From: Torpedo marmorata
Lineage: Eukaryota
Reading direction: 5' to 3'
Length of the DNA: 64,000 bases
Assembly (NCBI GenBank): GCA_977017645.1
Contig: OZ360225.1
Location: 126,418,001-126,482,000 of the forward strand
Shown here: one piece after another, positions 36,103 to 49,811 of the stretch
Numbering within the stretch: position 1 is the first letter of the stretch
Layout of the letters: the number at the start of each line of letters is the position of its first letter
Notes under the pieces: model-generated
What the model saw: the letters and a program-made list of their open reading frames with translations, nothing else
What the model was told of the DNA's origin: nothing
Database searches by the model: none
Position numbers and translations under genes: made by a program

Positions 36103-36861
36103 CTCAAGTCAAGTCAAGTCAAGTCAAGTCACCTTTATTTTTCGTTCATTACCATATACACAGTAAGACGAGATAGCGTTTCTCCAGGACCATGGGCAGA
36201 TGTACATAAATATCATAATACAATAGAAAAAAATTATAACATGCTAATACACATATATATCTAGGAATTGAGGAGCCTGATAGCTTGGGGGAAAAAACTG
36301 TTGCACAGTCTGGACGTACGAGCCCGAGTGCTTTGGTACCTCCTTCCAGATGGCAAAGGGGAAAACAGTTTACCAAAGGGGTGTGAGAAGTCCTTCACAA
36401 TGTTTTTAGCCTTCCTCATGCATTGTGTGTTGAAGATGTCTGTCATGGTGGGGAGAGAGACTCCAATAATTTTCTCCGCTGACCTCACTATCCTCTGCAG
36501 GGTCTTTCGGTCCGAGATGGTACAGTTACCAAACCAAGCGGTGATGCAATTGCTCAGAATTCTCTCAATACATCCCCTGTAGAATGTAGTAAGGATTGAG
36601 GGTGGGAGATGAACTTTCCTCAGCCTTCGCAGGAAGTAAAGACGCTGCTGGGCTTTCTTGACTATGGAACTGGTGTTGAGGGACCAGCTGAGACTCTCCG
36701 CCAAGTGCACTCCAAGAAACTTGGTACTCTTTACGACCTCAACGGTAGAGCCATCCATGGTCAAAGGAGAATGATCCCCCCGGGCCCTTCTAAAGTCGAC
36801 AACCAACTCTTTTGTTTTGTTTACGTTCAGCTGCAGGTTGTTGGTTCCGCACCATTCCATT
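36103..36861 (-). mobile_element. Rex1/Babar 3' fragment (antisense), stop-free ORF 36261-36860
   Basis: WCGTNNLQLNVNKTKELVVDFRR...KKAQQRLYFLRRL...NSFFPQAIRLLN; (tcaag)n at 36103-36130 is the (cttga)n tail on the minus strand. Confidence 0.92.
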
Positions 36862-37319
36862 AGTCCACCAAGTTACTAGACATACCTATTAAACCTTAGA
36901 GTTTACATCTTGCAACCCAGTTGTCTCTTATCCTGCTTTTAAGTACATTTCTACCCTCCAGCATTGGACATATTTTTGTCATGATAACTGTTCATCATCA
37001 GAAACTTCTGTTGTAAGCAAATCAGTGAATTGTAAACTTCAGAGTAAAAGATGAAAGCACATTTATAAAAGTTCAGTCATCTGGGAAAATCATATTTCCA
37101 CAGTTTGCTGCATAATCAGTCAGAATGCAATATTTACCCAAGTGACAGACCACACAGTTACTGAAAATACAGCACTCTCCTTCTACCTGTACTAAGGCTG
37201 TTTCAAGACAGTTGTGTATTTATGTCCTGGTGTGCTCTACGTGACTTTATAGCAGTGACAGAAACTAAGGCAGCAAGAGAAGGTTTTCTTTATGATACTT
37301 GCTGATTTTAAAAAGTCTT

Positions 37320-37320
<1 letters not shown>

Positions 37321-37387
<67 letters not shown>

Positions 37388-37400
37388 CGTGTGTGTGTGT
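37321..37400. repeat. (GT)n microsatellite
   Basis: About 40 GT/GC dinucleotides. Confidence 0.98.
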
Positions 37401-38271
37401 TTTTAAAATTCATGACATGCTTACAATGAAATGCTTACAATAAAAAAAATTTACCTTTGGGATTAAAATGGTTTGGTGAATTTAATATTTGACTCCTGCT
37501 TAAGGGACTTTCTACAGTAGGTACCATTTTGGGTGTGGGATGAGAAGCGGCTTATGTAATATAATAACCAGTGCCAAAGGACTCTCAGTGAATTAAAATA
37601 AACAAAATCAATAAATATATATTTTTTAATATCAGACATGCATTGAAGATCAGTAAGGTATTTCTCAATCATGAAATAAAAGTTGTGTATATAAAATAAT
37701 TACCGTACAAAATGTATTTCTGTATGTAAAAAAATAAACTTCAGATATGAAACTGTGATTAGAATCATACCCCAGACATTTAAGCTGATGTTTTAAAACA
37801 ACAATTTCCTGTATTAATGCAATTAATAAAGTAAAAATTCACAAGGTGCATCATGGAGACATATTAATGAAAAACCGAGATCAAACTGTAAAAAGATATG
37901 TAAGGACAAAAGACCAAAACCCAGATAGAGAGATATGTTAAAGAAATGATTGAAAAACCTTCACTTCATATTGCATTTCTTGCTTCCATTAATTCTTTCT
38001 CAGTTTTCCATGCATATTTCTCTTGATGTGCACAGCGGTGTCAGTTTACAAGCAATGCATGATTGACGTCACTCGTGTTATCATACATAAGACTTACGCT
38101 TCAACTGCACAAACATTAATTGGAAGGTTAAATCCTAGTCCTGTGCTACTATTAGGGTTTGTCTCTGCCTGGGCCTCTGACTGGTTATCCTGCAGTGAAA
38201 ATTTGTGCAGGATGGGTCGTTTTCTTTTAACTAAACTTTTCCTTTCTGTCAGATCCTTGGAGATTGCCTTC

Positions 38272-38915
38272 AATGGCATGTTGGCTTTCATAAAGAGGGG
38301 ATTGGAGTATAGGAGCAGAGACGCCCTTCTGCAGTTGTACAGGGCCCTGGTGAGACCTCACCTGGAGTATTACGTCCAGTTCTGGTCCCCAAATTTGAGG
38401 AAGGACATACTGGCTATAGAGGGTGTGCAGCGCAGATTTACAAAGTTAGTTCCAGGGATGGCAGGATTGACATATGCTGAAAGGTTAGAAAAACTGGACA
38501 TATCCGATGGAGTTTAGAAGGATGAGGGGGGACATGATTGAGGTATACAAGATTATCAAGGGGATAGACAGGGTGAAGTCGGATTACTTGTTCCCAATGA
38601 TGGGAGAGACGAGGACTAGAGGGCATAGTTTAAGAATACAGGGAAGGCCCTTTAGGACGGAGATGAGGAAAAAAATTTTTACCCAGAGAAGTGTGAATCT
38701 GTGGAATGCTCTGCCACAGAGGGTGGTAGAGGCAGATTCGCTGATTATGTTCAAAAGAGAGTTAGATAAGACTCTAGTGGGCAGGGGAGTTAAGGGTTAT
38801 GGGGATAAGGCTGGAAAGGGGTACATAGTAGTGATCAGCCATGATCTGTAAAATGGCGGTGCTGGCTCGACGGGCCGAAGGGCCTACTCCAGCTCCTATT
38901 GTCTATTGTCTATTA
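38272..38915 (+). mobile_element. Young CR1 3' fragment
   Basis: NGMLAFIKRGLEYRSRDALLQLYRALVRPHLEY...; near-identical to ~60381-61030; (ctattgt)n tail. Confidence 0.93.
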
Positions 38916-39169
38916 ATTCCACACCCATTATCAGGTTCACTTTTTTCACATAGGCCCTTAAAGTCATGTCTACTATTTATCTGCTTCACATCACCATCTA
39001 GTTACTTCCATCCCAGTCGTTATTTCACTGCCCCTTCCCTGTAATTTTCTTTCTAATTTCTTCATTCTGACCCCTTTTCTCCCTTGTCTTCATTCTATAT
39101 TTCTCCTTCATCTCTACTCAGAGCTTATTCCTGCTCACAGATTATTTCCCTTTATCAATCTCCTCCATA

Positions 39170-39560
39170 GTCCAAGAATTGCTGGAGGAACTCAGATGGT
39201 CAGATAGCATCCAGGGATAGAAATCATTGGTCAATGTTTCGGGTCTGGAGCTTTTATCAAGACTAAAGGGACATATATAACAGTACTGTAAATAAAGGGG
39301 GAAAGAAGCTGGGGGATCTGGGTAATAGAACAGAAGGTGTGAGTGGTGGAGAGACAGGTAGAGGGAGGGACTACTTGGAAGGGGGGGGGGGGAGTTGGAG
39401 AGAGAGGGCAAAAAAATAAGGAGATTCGCTTCACCCAAATGTAAACTTGAGGAACACATCATATTCCTCCCGGACAGCCTTAAACATAACGGCATGAATA
39501 TTGATCTTTCTAATTTTATGTCACCCCTACCCCCATCTGGTTCCATTGTCTCCATCTCTT
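39170..39560. mobile_element. Penelope-like remnant: inverted pLTR followed by GIY-YIG C-terminus
   Basis: gctggaggaactcag...gtttcgggtctggagc on one side; KLEEHIIFLPDSLKHNGMNIDLSNF on the + strand at ~39440-39520. Confidence 0.7.
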
Positions 39561-40463
39561 CTTTGGCTACTCCTTACTTTTTTCAGAAAGAGCAATTGCA
39601 CTGGTTTAGAAATGCTTCAGCGTCTGAGAAGAAGCACTGTCCCCAGGACAGAGGGGGACCTGCTCCACATCTGAATCGGTACAGTTGGGAGTGGGACAGT
39701 TTGGCCACAAGTAGGATTTTTTCTGTTTCTTCTTCTGGAAGGCTAAGTCAAATTCCAAATTCCAGATAATTGATGGAATCTGTAGGTTTTGATGAAACAC
39801 AACAGACCAATTTTTTTTTCAGTCCGCGGTGAGTGGACATCAACTTATGAATAAGCAAAGGGCCAGAAATCTTCCATTAAATCACAAGCAATCTGGAAAA
39901 GGATCTCTTTGCGAGTAAAAATAGATGCCATATGTAGCCCAAAGACAAATCTATCACAAACACAAAGTAGAGTTGATAAAGCAAAAACTTTGTGAACTGA
40001 AAGAAGGATTGTAGTTTTTAATATGGATTCAAAGTTAGTTGTTGTAGGGATAACAAAATTATCTGGCAAACAATATCGAAGTTTCTCAAGTATGCACATG
40101 AAATATTTGCTTTCATTAGAATGCACATAATTTCGTAAACCTCATAAAATGATGCAACGTAGAAGGCCATTTGGTTCCAAGTGTTCATGCCAGCTCGTTG
40201 AAAGAGATTTTTAATTCATTTCACTTCTGTTTTACCTTCATAGAGACACAGTACTTTCAACTTCAGGCATTATCTAGTTCCCTTTTTAAGATTAATAGTA
40301 AATCTTCCTTTGCTATTTGTTGCAGTGCATTCCCAATCAGAATTTATTGTGTTAATATCTTTCCCTCTTGCTGCTTTGATTGTTTCGCTAATTACCACCT
40401 GTCTGTGTCTTGGATTGCTGATGCTTCTGATCCAGGATGCAGTCTTATTATTTACTCTATCAA

Positions 40464-40712
40464 AACAGCACCAATAGCCTGAATACGACTGGGATTGTCT
40501 GACCTCGGAAGCTAAGCAGCCACAGGACTGGTCAGTACTTGGAGGGGAGACCGCCTAGGAACACCAGGTGCTGTAGGTTTCTGTGAGGGGCGCTGGACAA
40601 AGTAGCAAATCTCTGTCTGCCTTACGGTAGACAAAAATTAAAGAATTTCATGTATGTTACATTCTAAATGTAGAATTACGTGACAATAATGGAAACTTTA
40701 CCTTTTACCTTT
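40464..40712 (+). mobile_element. 5S rRNA-derived SINE (SINE3), copy 1
   Basis: gtctgacctcggaagctaagcag...ctggtcagtacttggaggggagaccgcctaggaacaccaggtgctgtaggttt matches the 5S rRNA body (boxes A and C). It is followed by a unique body and a gtgacaataa...(ctttac)n tail. Confidence 0.9.
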
Positions 40713-40739
40713 CACAATTTTGGACACTTCAATCAAGTA

Positions 40740-40925
40740 CCTTAACTCTCTCTACTCAAAGGAAAACAACTCAGTTTCCACGGTCTCTTCAGAGAACTGA
40801 TGTGCTCCATCCCAACATAATAAATCTCCTCTGCACCCTTTCTTAAAGCCTTCCTAAAGTGCGATGCCCAGAATTGGCTGCAATATTCCAGCTGGGATCT
40901 AACCAGTGTTTTATAAATGGGCAAT
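40740..40925 (-). mobile_element. Old CR1 fragment
   Basis: IYKTLVRSQLEYCSQFWASHFRK on the minus strand. Confidence 0.75.
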
Positions 40926-42199
40926 GTCTTCATGATTTGGACAAGCCTTTGCTCATCTATTTACAAACATTGCATGCAGTGACATAAATCATGTCAAAAA
41001 GCATCATTACAAAACTTGCATGTAACATCATGATGAATGACAATTTGCTCTTCTGGCTTTTATCACTCCCTGAGGAAAATAAGTTTTACCAACCACTTTT
41101 TCATGAAGATTCTGTCCCTTTAATTATTATGATCTTTTCTTAGCTGCTTTGTATTCCCTTTGCCAGGTCATTCTGTGCTCCCTTATTCTGGGCCTCTTAG
41201 ATTGCTCTGGCATGTAATTCTTACTAAGAATTATGGGTAAACATCACCGTGGATTCACAGTTCCTGTGTAAATCCCCTTTCATAGCATTATTTTCATTTA
41301 AGTAACAGAACTAATGTCCTGGGCTTAACAATATGAAATAAGCTTGACATGTGAATTATGAGTTCTCCATAACATAATTTACCCATAAATCACAGCAGGA
41401 AACAGATATGGCAACCAAGAAGGGCAAAGTAACTGACTGCAGCTTGGTATTTTCTTAAAGAAATATGAAAAAGCTAAGAAATAATTTAAATATTAATTCA
41501 AGGAATAATGTGTCTTAATCTTGAAATACCTTTCTTTAAAATTAGAACACAACTTATAAAATAGCATGAAGATTTCCTTGGCTATCCCCTAAATTCAGAT
41601 CAGTTTGCATTTCCAAATGAGGTAGATTTAAGCTATCCCACTACAAAATGACTTTTTTTTAGTTCTTACTGTAGAATAGTTTTAGCTATTATATTAGTCT
41701 TCCTTTATGTGTGCGGTTTGCTTTCACTCTCACATCTCTTGCATTGGCAAGATGTCAAGGCAGTCATATATTGGCCATCTCTAAGTGACTTGAAGAAGTG
41801 GTGGAAATAGAATCTTAAAAAGGAAAAGGAAATCTTAGCATGGATTAAAGATGAGAGGTTTCTCCAGATTCCCACTCTATGGTTGAGGTAGGATTAGGTT
41901 TAGCAGGAAGACTTCTGGAAAGGACAAGGCTAATGATCCACATTGTCAGAACTTAGATGTGAGTATTGGCTGGTTGACAAAGATATCAGAGGATGTCTAG
42001 TGCTCTGTATCTTAGCGAAGCTTGTCACTTTTAAGGGAGGAAAGAATGAGAAGAAATCAAGAATATAAATGTGGTGCTAAAGAAGGCTAAAGCAGCAGTG
42101 TTGAATGCATTTTGCTTTCCCTTTCAAAATCATTCACTAACAAAGTTAATAAAATCTCAATATACATTTTACATAAACACCATCTCAAATTCACCTGCA

Positions 42200-43530
42200 A
42201 TATATTATGAGATTTGTACCCTTATAGACAGTGCATTCAAGGTACTTACCACTCTGGGTGAAGAATGACCCCTCAAATCTCATAATTAGAGGTCATAGGA
42301 GTAATAGAACTATACAGCATGAACACAGGCCATTCAGTGCAACTCGTTCATGTCAACTCAATCCCATCTTCCAGCACTTGGTCTATAACCCTCTATATCT
42401 AAGCAATTCAAGATCTCATCCAGACCCTTCTCAGATATTGCCAGCTTTAGCCACCCTCATAGACAGTGCATTCAAGGTACTTACCACTCTTTGGGTGAAG
42501 AAGGACCCCTCAAATAGCCTCTACGTCTCTTCCTCCTTACCCTGAACCTATATCCACTAATGTTATCTGCCTTTTATAAAGGAAATTGGGTTTTTTTCAG
42601 TCTACCTCATAATCTTCTATATCTCAGACATGCCTCTTCTTAATTTCCTCCACTCCAGGGAGAACATACCTTGCTTACCTAGTCTCTCCCACCACTGAAC
42701 TGCTCCATCCAGGTAACATCTTGGTGAATCCCCTCTACATCCTCTCCAATGCTACCACATTCTACCTCCAGCATGGTGAATAGAACTGCACACCGTACTC
42801 CAACTGAGATCTGACCATGGTTTTATAAAGTTGCAGCATAACCTCCCCACTTACGTATTCAGTGTTTCAACTAATGAAAGCCAGTATCCTATATGTCTTC
42901 CTAACCATGTTATTTATGTTTCTACCTTCAAGGGTCTATGGCCTTGTACTGTAAGGCCCCTTTGTTCCTCAACTCTCCCTAATATCCCACCATTTTTGAT
43001 GTCTCAGGACGACTCCCAAATTGCACCACCTCACATGTGTCTGGATTAAATTTCATTTGCTATTTTTCAGCACATTTCACTAATATCTCTCTGCAGCCTA
43101 AAACAGCCTTCCACTCTATCAACTACTACATCATTCTTCTTGTCATCTGCAAACTTACTGATCAAGCCTTCCACATCCTCATCCAAGTCATTCACATATA
43201 TTACAAATATCAAGGTCGATCACCAATCCTTGTGGAACAACATAAGTCATCATCATGCAATCACAAAAACTACCTTCTACCATCACACTCTATCTCCTAT
43301 TTTGGATCCAGTTTTCCAACTTAGCTGTGGATCCCATGGGCCCTAACCTTTTGAACCTGTCTTCCATGTGGAACCTTACTGAAGTCCATGTAAATCACAT
43401 CAACTATGCCCTTATCGATACATGTTGTTACCTTTTCAAGTAATTTAATCAAATCGGTCAGACAGGATCTTCCCTTGACAAAGCCATGTTGACTGTCTCT
43501 GATTCGTCCCTGCCTTTGCAAGTGATCATA
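42200..43530 (-). mobile_element. Old CR1 RT-to-3'-end fragment
   Basis: SQHGFVKGRSCLTDLI...VDVIYMDFSK (43321-43539), FADD (tcatctgcaaac) and LEYGVQF remnants on the minus strand. Confidence 0.8.
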
Positions 43531-46500
43531 AGGCGCCAAAGGTTATATTTGGTACAATGGAGTGAAAGGAAGGATTTACCACTGGATTTAGGCTCCCACT
43601 AAGGATGAGCTTGGCAAGTCTGTGTAAACCAGCTAAATTTGGATCAACTCAAATATTGATGACCAGTGTGCATTCCTTTTTTCCTAATTATTGTGAATAG
43701 TTTATCACCTCTTACATTGTTACCAACATGGATCAATAAACAATAAAAACAAAGCTTATGTAACAACGAAGAGAGAATTCCATAACAATTGCATGCTATT
43801 AGCAGATGACAAGGAGTCTGAATGATACATGCTGAGGAAGTGTTCCCTGGCATAAGCCTGATGAGTACTTCCCAGGAAGTGTGTCATTATAATCTGACAG
43901 ACGAAGGGTGTAAGAAAAAAACTCGGAGTTGGTACCATGTTCTGGGACTAAATAGAAGGCTGTTGATGCTGTTTTGTGCCATTCCATGTCATGATAATAA
44001 AGAGAGCAAGGAGTCTTGATATTTAGGCCCTATTGAGAAGAATAGTCAGTCTATGTGCAGATAGTTTAAATATATCTTCAAAACAAACCTGCTGGATTGA
44101 TCATTTAATAATTTAATTTATTTTAATATGTAGTTTAAACTAAAATTGCATTTATATGGCAGATGCATTTATGAAATATTGCTTAAAATGAATAAATACA
44201 TATGATTACAAGCAAAATGTCTGAATTTTTAGGTAAATATACCTTTAATTACAATAAATTTTAACGCTGTGATTTATGATTAACAGCAGGACCCATTGGC
44301 AACTTGGTTAACACAAGGATATATATTTGCTTACATATATATTTATATTGTCATTCTTTACTGGTCTTCAAACTTCTAGTTCTGATTGTTGAGATTATAT
44401 ATCCATTTAAAATACCATTTTAAAATGAAACCCCTGGTTCACTGGTGAAATCGTATAAATTTTACACTGATAAACATTTACATAACTTATGTTTCATCAG
44501 GAGATTGAGATTGTGAAAGCATTTGTTCTTCAGATGTTAGAGTAATTCTGCTATACAGTATATCCTCGAAAGTGCAAATATACTGGAAGTTAAATGGTTA
44601 ATGGGATTGAAAAGCTTACGTATTCTTGCTTTACCTTTGAGCTTATAGATTCTCACCCAGTTTTACGAATAACCAAATGTGCACCATGTCTATTTGATTC
44701 CTTTGACAGACTATTTACTTTAGCTATTCTTAATGAACACATTGCTATCTGCAGTCATTCTCAAAGGTAATGGAGAAATGTGTTGAATCATTTCTTGATC
44801 TGTTGTTTCCTTCCTTTCTCTAATCAATGTCACCTCTGAACTACAAACTAAAATGTTCTTTTTCTTTATCTAACAAAGGTTTTAACATAACACAGTCCTA
44901 CTAATTTTTTCACAACTATTCATCTACCTTCAGTAGGTCTATTCCCCGTTGTGGCTGACTTTTAATTTTTTTTTTAATGTCAGGTTTTAAGGCAGGCAAT
45001 CAGTTTGTACTTCCACTCAAGAGCAAATCTGTGCATTAAATAATCCGTAAAATATGAACTAGTCTTATGTTTGATATGCACATCAAAGGCCGAAAAGGCC
45101 AAAGAATGCCCTTGGTTAATTATTGAAGAGGTGTCTGTAAAGGAAACATGAGTGAGTAGCATGCATGCTTTTATCCCCCAGTAACCTTTCATTGTCCTTT
45201 TCTTTAGACAGCTAAGTCAGTGCATATAATAAAAGCAGTGCATAGCGTCAAAGAAGGCAAAGGCCTAATGAATGATCCTGATTAAAGAGCTTGACGGGGT
45301 ATGATCTTTGCACAAATTTTCATGGGGTGTCAGCAAGGGGATGCTGATTGAGCGAACCATCAGCACAGCCATATTTCTGAAGCAGGAGGAGCCTCTTATC
45401 CCCAACCCCCACTCAAACACAGTACCATGAAGAATGAATGCCTCAGACTGATGACTTCCAATAAGGCTGGGTCTTGAAAACTACTATAAAAGGCCAAAGG
45501 GGTCAAAAGTAATTCATAACTGTTTAAAAATGGCGTAGACCTCCAGCAGCTGCCACTATTGTCATGCCCACAGCGCTGTTTTCTGTATGCAAATTTGTCG
45601 TAGGAAGTACACTGGTTTTGCTGTATCACACATAGAGCATCAATCAGACTGGAATACATCAGCGAATTTTCATTATGCCTAGTTATTTACTGCATCAGAA
45701 CAAATTACCACAGCAAGCCTAGTGTTCTGTGGGCAGCATGATAGGACCAACCAGGTTTCATCTCAGAAATCTTATTGTAAACCGTACCGGATAAATCTTG
45801 CAATCGCAGTCATCAATCTTTTCTGCTCATGAGTGTGTGCAACTGTAAGGATTTGTGACTGGACGGTATGGTTTTGGAATTAACTGAGAATGTCATGAAT
45901 CCTGATAAAGAAACACCGTGGCTTTTTGATTTTGTTTATTCGGCGTATTCAGTAGAATTTTCTTAAAATGACACCAAATTTCTTTGCAATTTTATCAATT
46001 AGTGAAGAAAATATTGATGTACTTTAAAACAGAAAAGTATCATTATTAAATAGTTTTTCATAATAATTCTACAGGAAAATAATCATAATTGACAAAATAT
46101 TTTTTCAAAAATCAAAGAAATAGTGAGCCTTATGGACAATATACGCACTGCTACTAATTATTTTTTCTCAGTAGCAGTGTCCTTATTGGCACAATAACTG
46201 ATTCTTGCTAAATGGTGATACATCTGATTCACCTCAATTTCCTCAAAGCATTAACGATGTAAATCCTCTGATTTTATTGATATGCAGGTACTTACTTAAA
46301 GGAACAATCCTGCCTCAGCCCATCTCTTTTATATATAACAAAGAATGCTCTTACTGGTATTCCAAAGGTAATAATGGCTGTCATTAATTGCAAGGTTTGT
46401 GTTAGGTATATTTCTTGACTATTCTTGTATTCAACAGAGAACAAAATGAACCGCCTTATCTTTCCACCACACCTGAAGATGTGAAAACAACAGGATTGGG

Positions 46501-47269
46501 AAAATTGATGTAAAATACTCCAATCGCCATTCTAGCCATCTCCTGCATTTCTTTGACCACTGTGGCTTGCATGATCGGCTCATAAATATATCAGTCTCTT
46601 TACCTGACACAGTGCGACCTCAGTTCAAAAGATAAACAATCAAAGACACAACACCCTAATTTAGCTTAAAAAATTGAATGCAAAGAATTAAACCAGCCTC
46701 ACCATCATGACTAAGATGTAAAATGGCCACTTCCTCAAATTGCAATTCATTATTCAAAAACAAATTATAGAGTTTAATGTACATTTAAATATATACAATT
46801 TAAGTGTCTGAAAGTCTATAATTTGACCTGCTCTTAGTTAAAAGTGAAGAGTATGCATTGTGTATATCTGTCAAAGTGAAAGCATTAAAACAATTTTTTT
46901 TTGTCAGAGAATGAGCAACTTCTGTATTTTTAATAACAATTAGTTGACTACAGACAGTGGCCATTTCAATGAGTGTTGCAGTGGGAGACAGGAGACTGCA
47001 CATTAAATGAGACTCACATCTGCTTGTTTAACAAATTCAGTGCCACAGGGGTATTAAAAAGCAGAGCAGGCAGTGAAGGTATAACCTGTGAACACATCTA
47101 AAATAATATGAGATTTTTGTTCCTGGAAAAGGTAAATTGTTATATTATGGATTATATACTGAAGATGGAATAATGTTTCTTTTGCTTTACATATTCATCT
47201 GATAAATAATTATGTTGAGATACTAAGGAAAAAAATCTCTAACATAACAGTACTCGGCCTGAAGCAAAG

Positions 47270-47568
47270 ATGCCAAGCATCTCAAAATTCATCAAGCAAA
47301 AATGACAATGCTAGCTCAGCATGTGCAGAGGATGAAGGATGGCCACATCCCTAAGGATATGCTGCAAGGGGAAGTAGCCCAAGTCAAAAGACCGGTAAGG
47401 TGCCCAAACCTCCACTTTAAGGATGTTATTAAAAGGCATATGAAAGTCTTTGACATTGTCTATGATATGGGAAACGATAGCTGATGACAACATTGGCTGT
47501 GGGTAAGAATGCACCGTAGTAAATGCCACTGCCGTAAACAGGGCTCCAGAATTATACATCACTCCATG
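47270..47568 (+). mobile_element. RTE (BovB-like) LINE 3' fragment
   Basis: HVQRMKDGHIPKDMLQGEV...RPVRCPNLHFKDVIKRHMK matches the RTE consensus WLGHVxRMxDGRIPKDxLYGEL...RPxxRPxLRFKDVxKRDMK. Confidence 0.75.
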
Positions 47569-47723
47569 NNNNNNNNNNNNNNNNNNNNNNNNNNNNNNNN
47601 NNNNNNNNNNNNNNNNNNNNNNNNNNNNNNNNNNNNNNNNNNNNNNNNNNNNNNNNNNNNNNNNNNNNNNNNNNNNNNNNNNNNNNNNNNNNNNNNNNNN
47701 NNNNNNNNNNNNNNNNNNNNNNN
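47569..47723. other. Assembly gap (155 N)
   Basis: Run of n. Confidence 1.
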
Positions 47724-49213
47724 GTCAACCAATTAACTGCTATCCTTTGTATTAAATGATAGATGGTTTTGGTCACCTTCCTCTAATCTGGTTCTACAAT
47801 GTAAATTATAGCATTTGGAGATGAAAGTTAACCTAGCAGTAACATAAAGTGTGCAGCAATGAACTGGTTGCCTATTTCTACCCTATCCTCGAATTCCCTT
47901 TTAAACAAGCTAGGCTGTAAAGCTGCCTGTTATTTAGCCATTGCTCATTTTAAGATGAGATCAAAGTTGAATTTCATACTTTTTAAATATTGCTTGTATC
48001 AACATGTTATTTTCCAATGAAATATTCCATTAGTTCTTGTGGTAATTCAGTTAGTTCTTCAGCTGTGTTTAAAATATCATGGTAAGTTTTTCATAATTTA
48101 CACATCAACACCATGCTGAAGAAACATACTTTAATTCAAAATTATAGTTTGTTGCCAATGCTCAATGAATAAGCTGCAGACTAAGTAAATAATTTAGAAC
48201 TTTTATGTGTTATTCATCTTATGTCAATAGTTTTGTAGAATAGGTTTTCAGAGAGTTGATTGAATGAACATACATTTCCACATACCTGTTTTGTTCGGTG
48301 CCTCTACAAATTGCTTACTAATATTTCTGTTAGTTAAAGGATTTTAGTTAAATTAGTTTCAACATTTGTAATTTCATTTTTGTGTGAATTTTATATATTA
48401 CAACATATTCTGTTATATTAATTGAATGAAAGATAACTGGAATGCTATCTTTTTCTAAGAAAAAAATATGTTTCTTTCCATGCCCACAAAGATGATCCAT
48501 CAATTTCATCCAATATCATTCTTGCACAGATGAAATGTCATGGTTTTTATGCCTCAGTTCGCATTTCAGGGTAATTCACAAAGCAAGTCTTGCAATCAGA
48601 TACAAATGCCAGATGAGAAATGCTTGTCTTTTTTTGTTATATCAAAAAAGTCATAATGTGGATAAAATAATGTGGTTGCAAATATTCTGAAGTATTGTCT
48701 CTTTTTTGCAATTGTCATAATTTTCTTCTGGAAATGGGGAGTGTTCATATGAAATCCTTTTCAAACCCCACCTCCTCTCTCGCACAAAGGGAATTGAAAA
48801 CAAGAAAATTATGGGAGATCAAATCACCCATCAAAATCATGTCTTTTTTAACCAGGATTGTTTTTAGTGTTACTTCTGCCTTTTACAGGAGGGAAGAGTT
48901 GCCTGCAGGAGCACATCAAACATAAAACCCATATTAAGTGTTTCTGGGGTCTTTGCTGATATGACTTCCTCTGTGGTTACGAGTTTAGTTTTTAGGTTCT
49001 GCTTCTGTCTGAGGAAGGGTCGATTATTTTTGCTGCGACCTAACAGAAGTCTGGGTTTCCCAACAGTGATTATTCACTTGTTATTAGTCTGGTAGTTGAG
49101 GGGGATAAACCTCTTCTTTAATTCTGTCCAAATTCAAAGAAAATCAGCAAATAGTGCAGTTGAAGCAATGAAACCTCCTGCCCCAAGCCAGACTTCCTCC
49201 CTCAGGCTTTGTT

Positions 49214-49811
49214 TTTTTAAAAATATTTTATTTAAAATTTTTAAATCACAAAATACATAAAATAAAATATAAAATTATCAAAATACTTGTGATACATTTT
49301 CACCCCCCCCTCCCTCCCCTCCCCAACCCTCCCAACCCCACTAATCTAATAAAATTTTAAAAAAAAGAAATAGAAAAGTAAAAGATAAGGTAAGGAGAAT
49401 GTCGATCTAATAAATACATCTATAAACTAATTCTATTATGGAGGTCAGGTAGCCAGTAGATCCAATGTCCAGAGATCTTCAAATCCTTAAACCAACAGCT
49501 TTCATATATGGGCTCCATATTTTTAAAAAGAAATGATATTTATTCCGTAAGTTATAAGTAATTTTTTCAAGTGGTACACATGAACAAAGTTCTGCATGCC
49601 ATCTTTCTAACCCTAAATCGAGATCAGATTTCCAAGTAATAGCAATACATTTCTTTGAAACAGCTAAAGCAATTCGCAGAAAATCTATTTGATACATATT
49701 TAATTTCATCTTAATACTAAATTTTCTAATATCTCCAAACAAAAATATCATAGGATCCATTGGAAATGTAATCTTAAATACTTTATCTAAAAATGTTTTA
49801 ACTTTCAACCG
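49214..49811 (-). mobile_element. 5'-truncated L1 copy (antisense) with TSD
   Basis: ORF 49479-49808 is the same ORF2 C-terminus; 12-bp TSD tcaggctttgtt at 49202-49213 and 49812-49823. Confidence 0.93.

Noticed and set aside
40464-40580. Bona fide 5S rRNA gene (also at 58375)
   Set aside because: The 5' end and helices are diverged, the copies are dispersed rather than tandem, and both are followed by a shared SINE body and microsatellite tail.
43855-43920. Hammerhead-like ctgatgag motif
   Set aside because: No properly spaced GAAA closing a stem II.
47509-47776. ORFs spanning 47509-47776
   Set aside because: Artefacts of the N gap.
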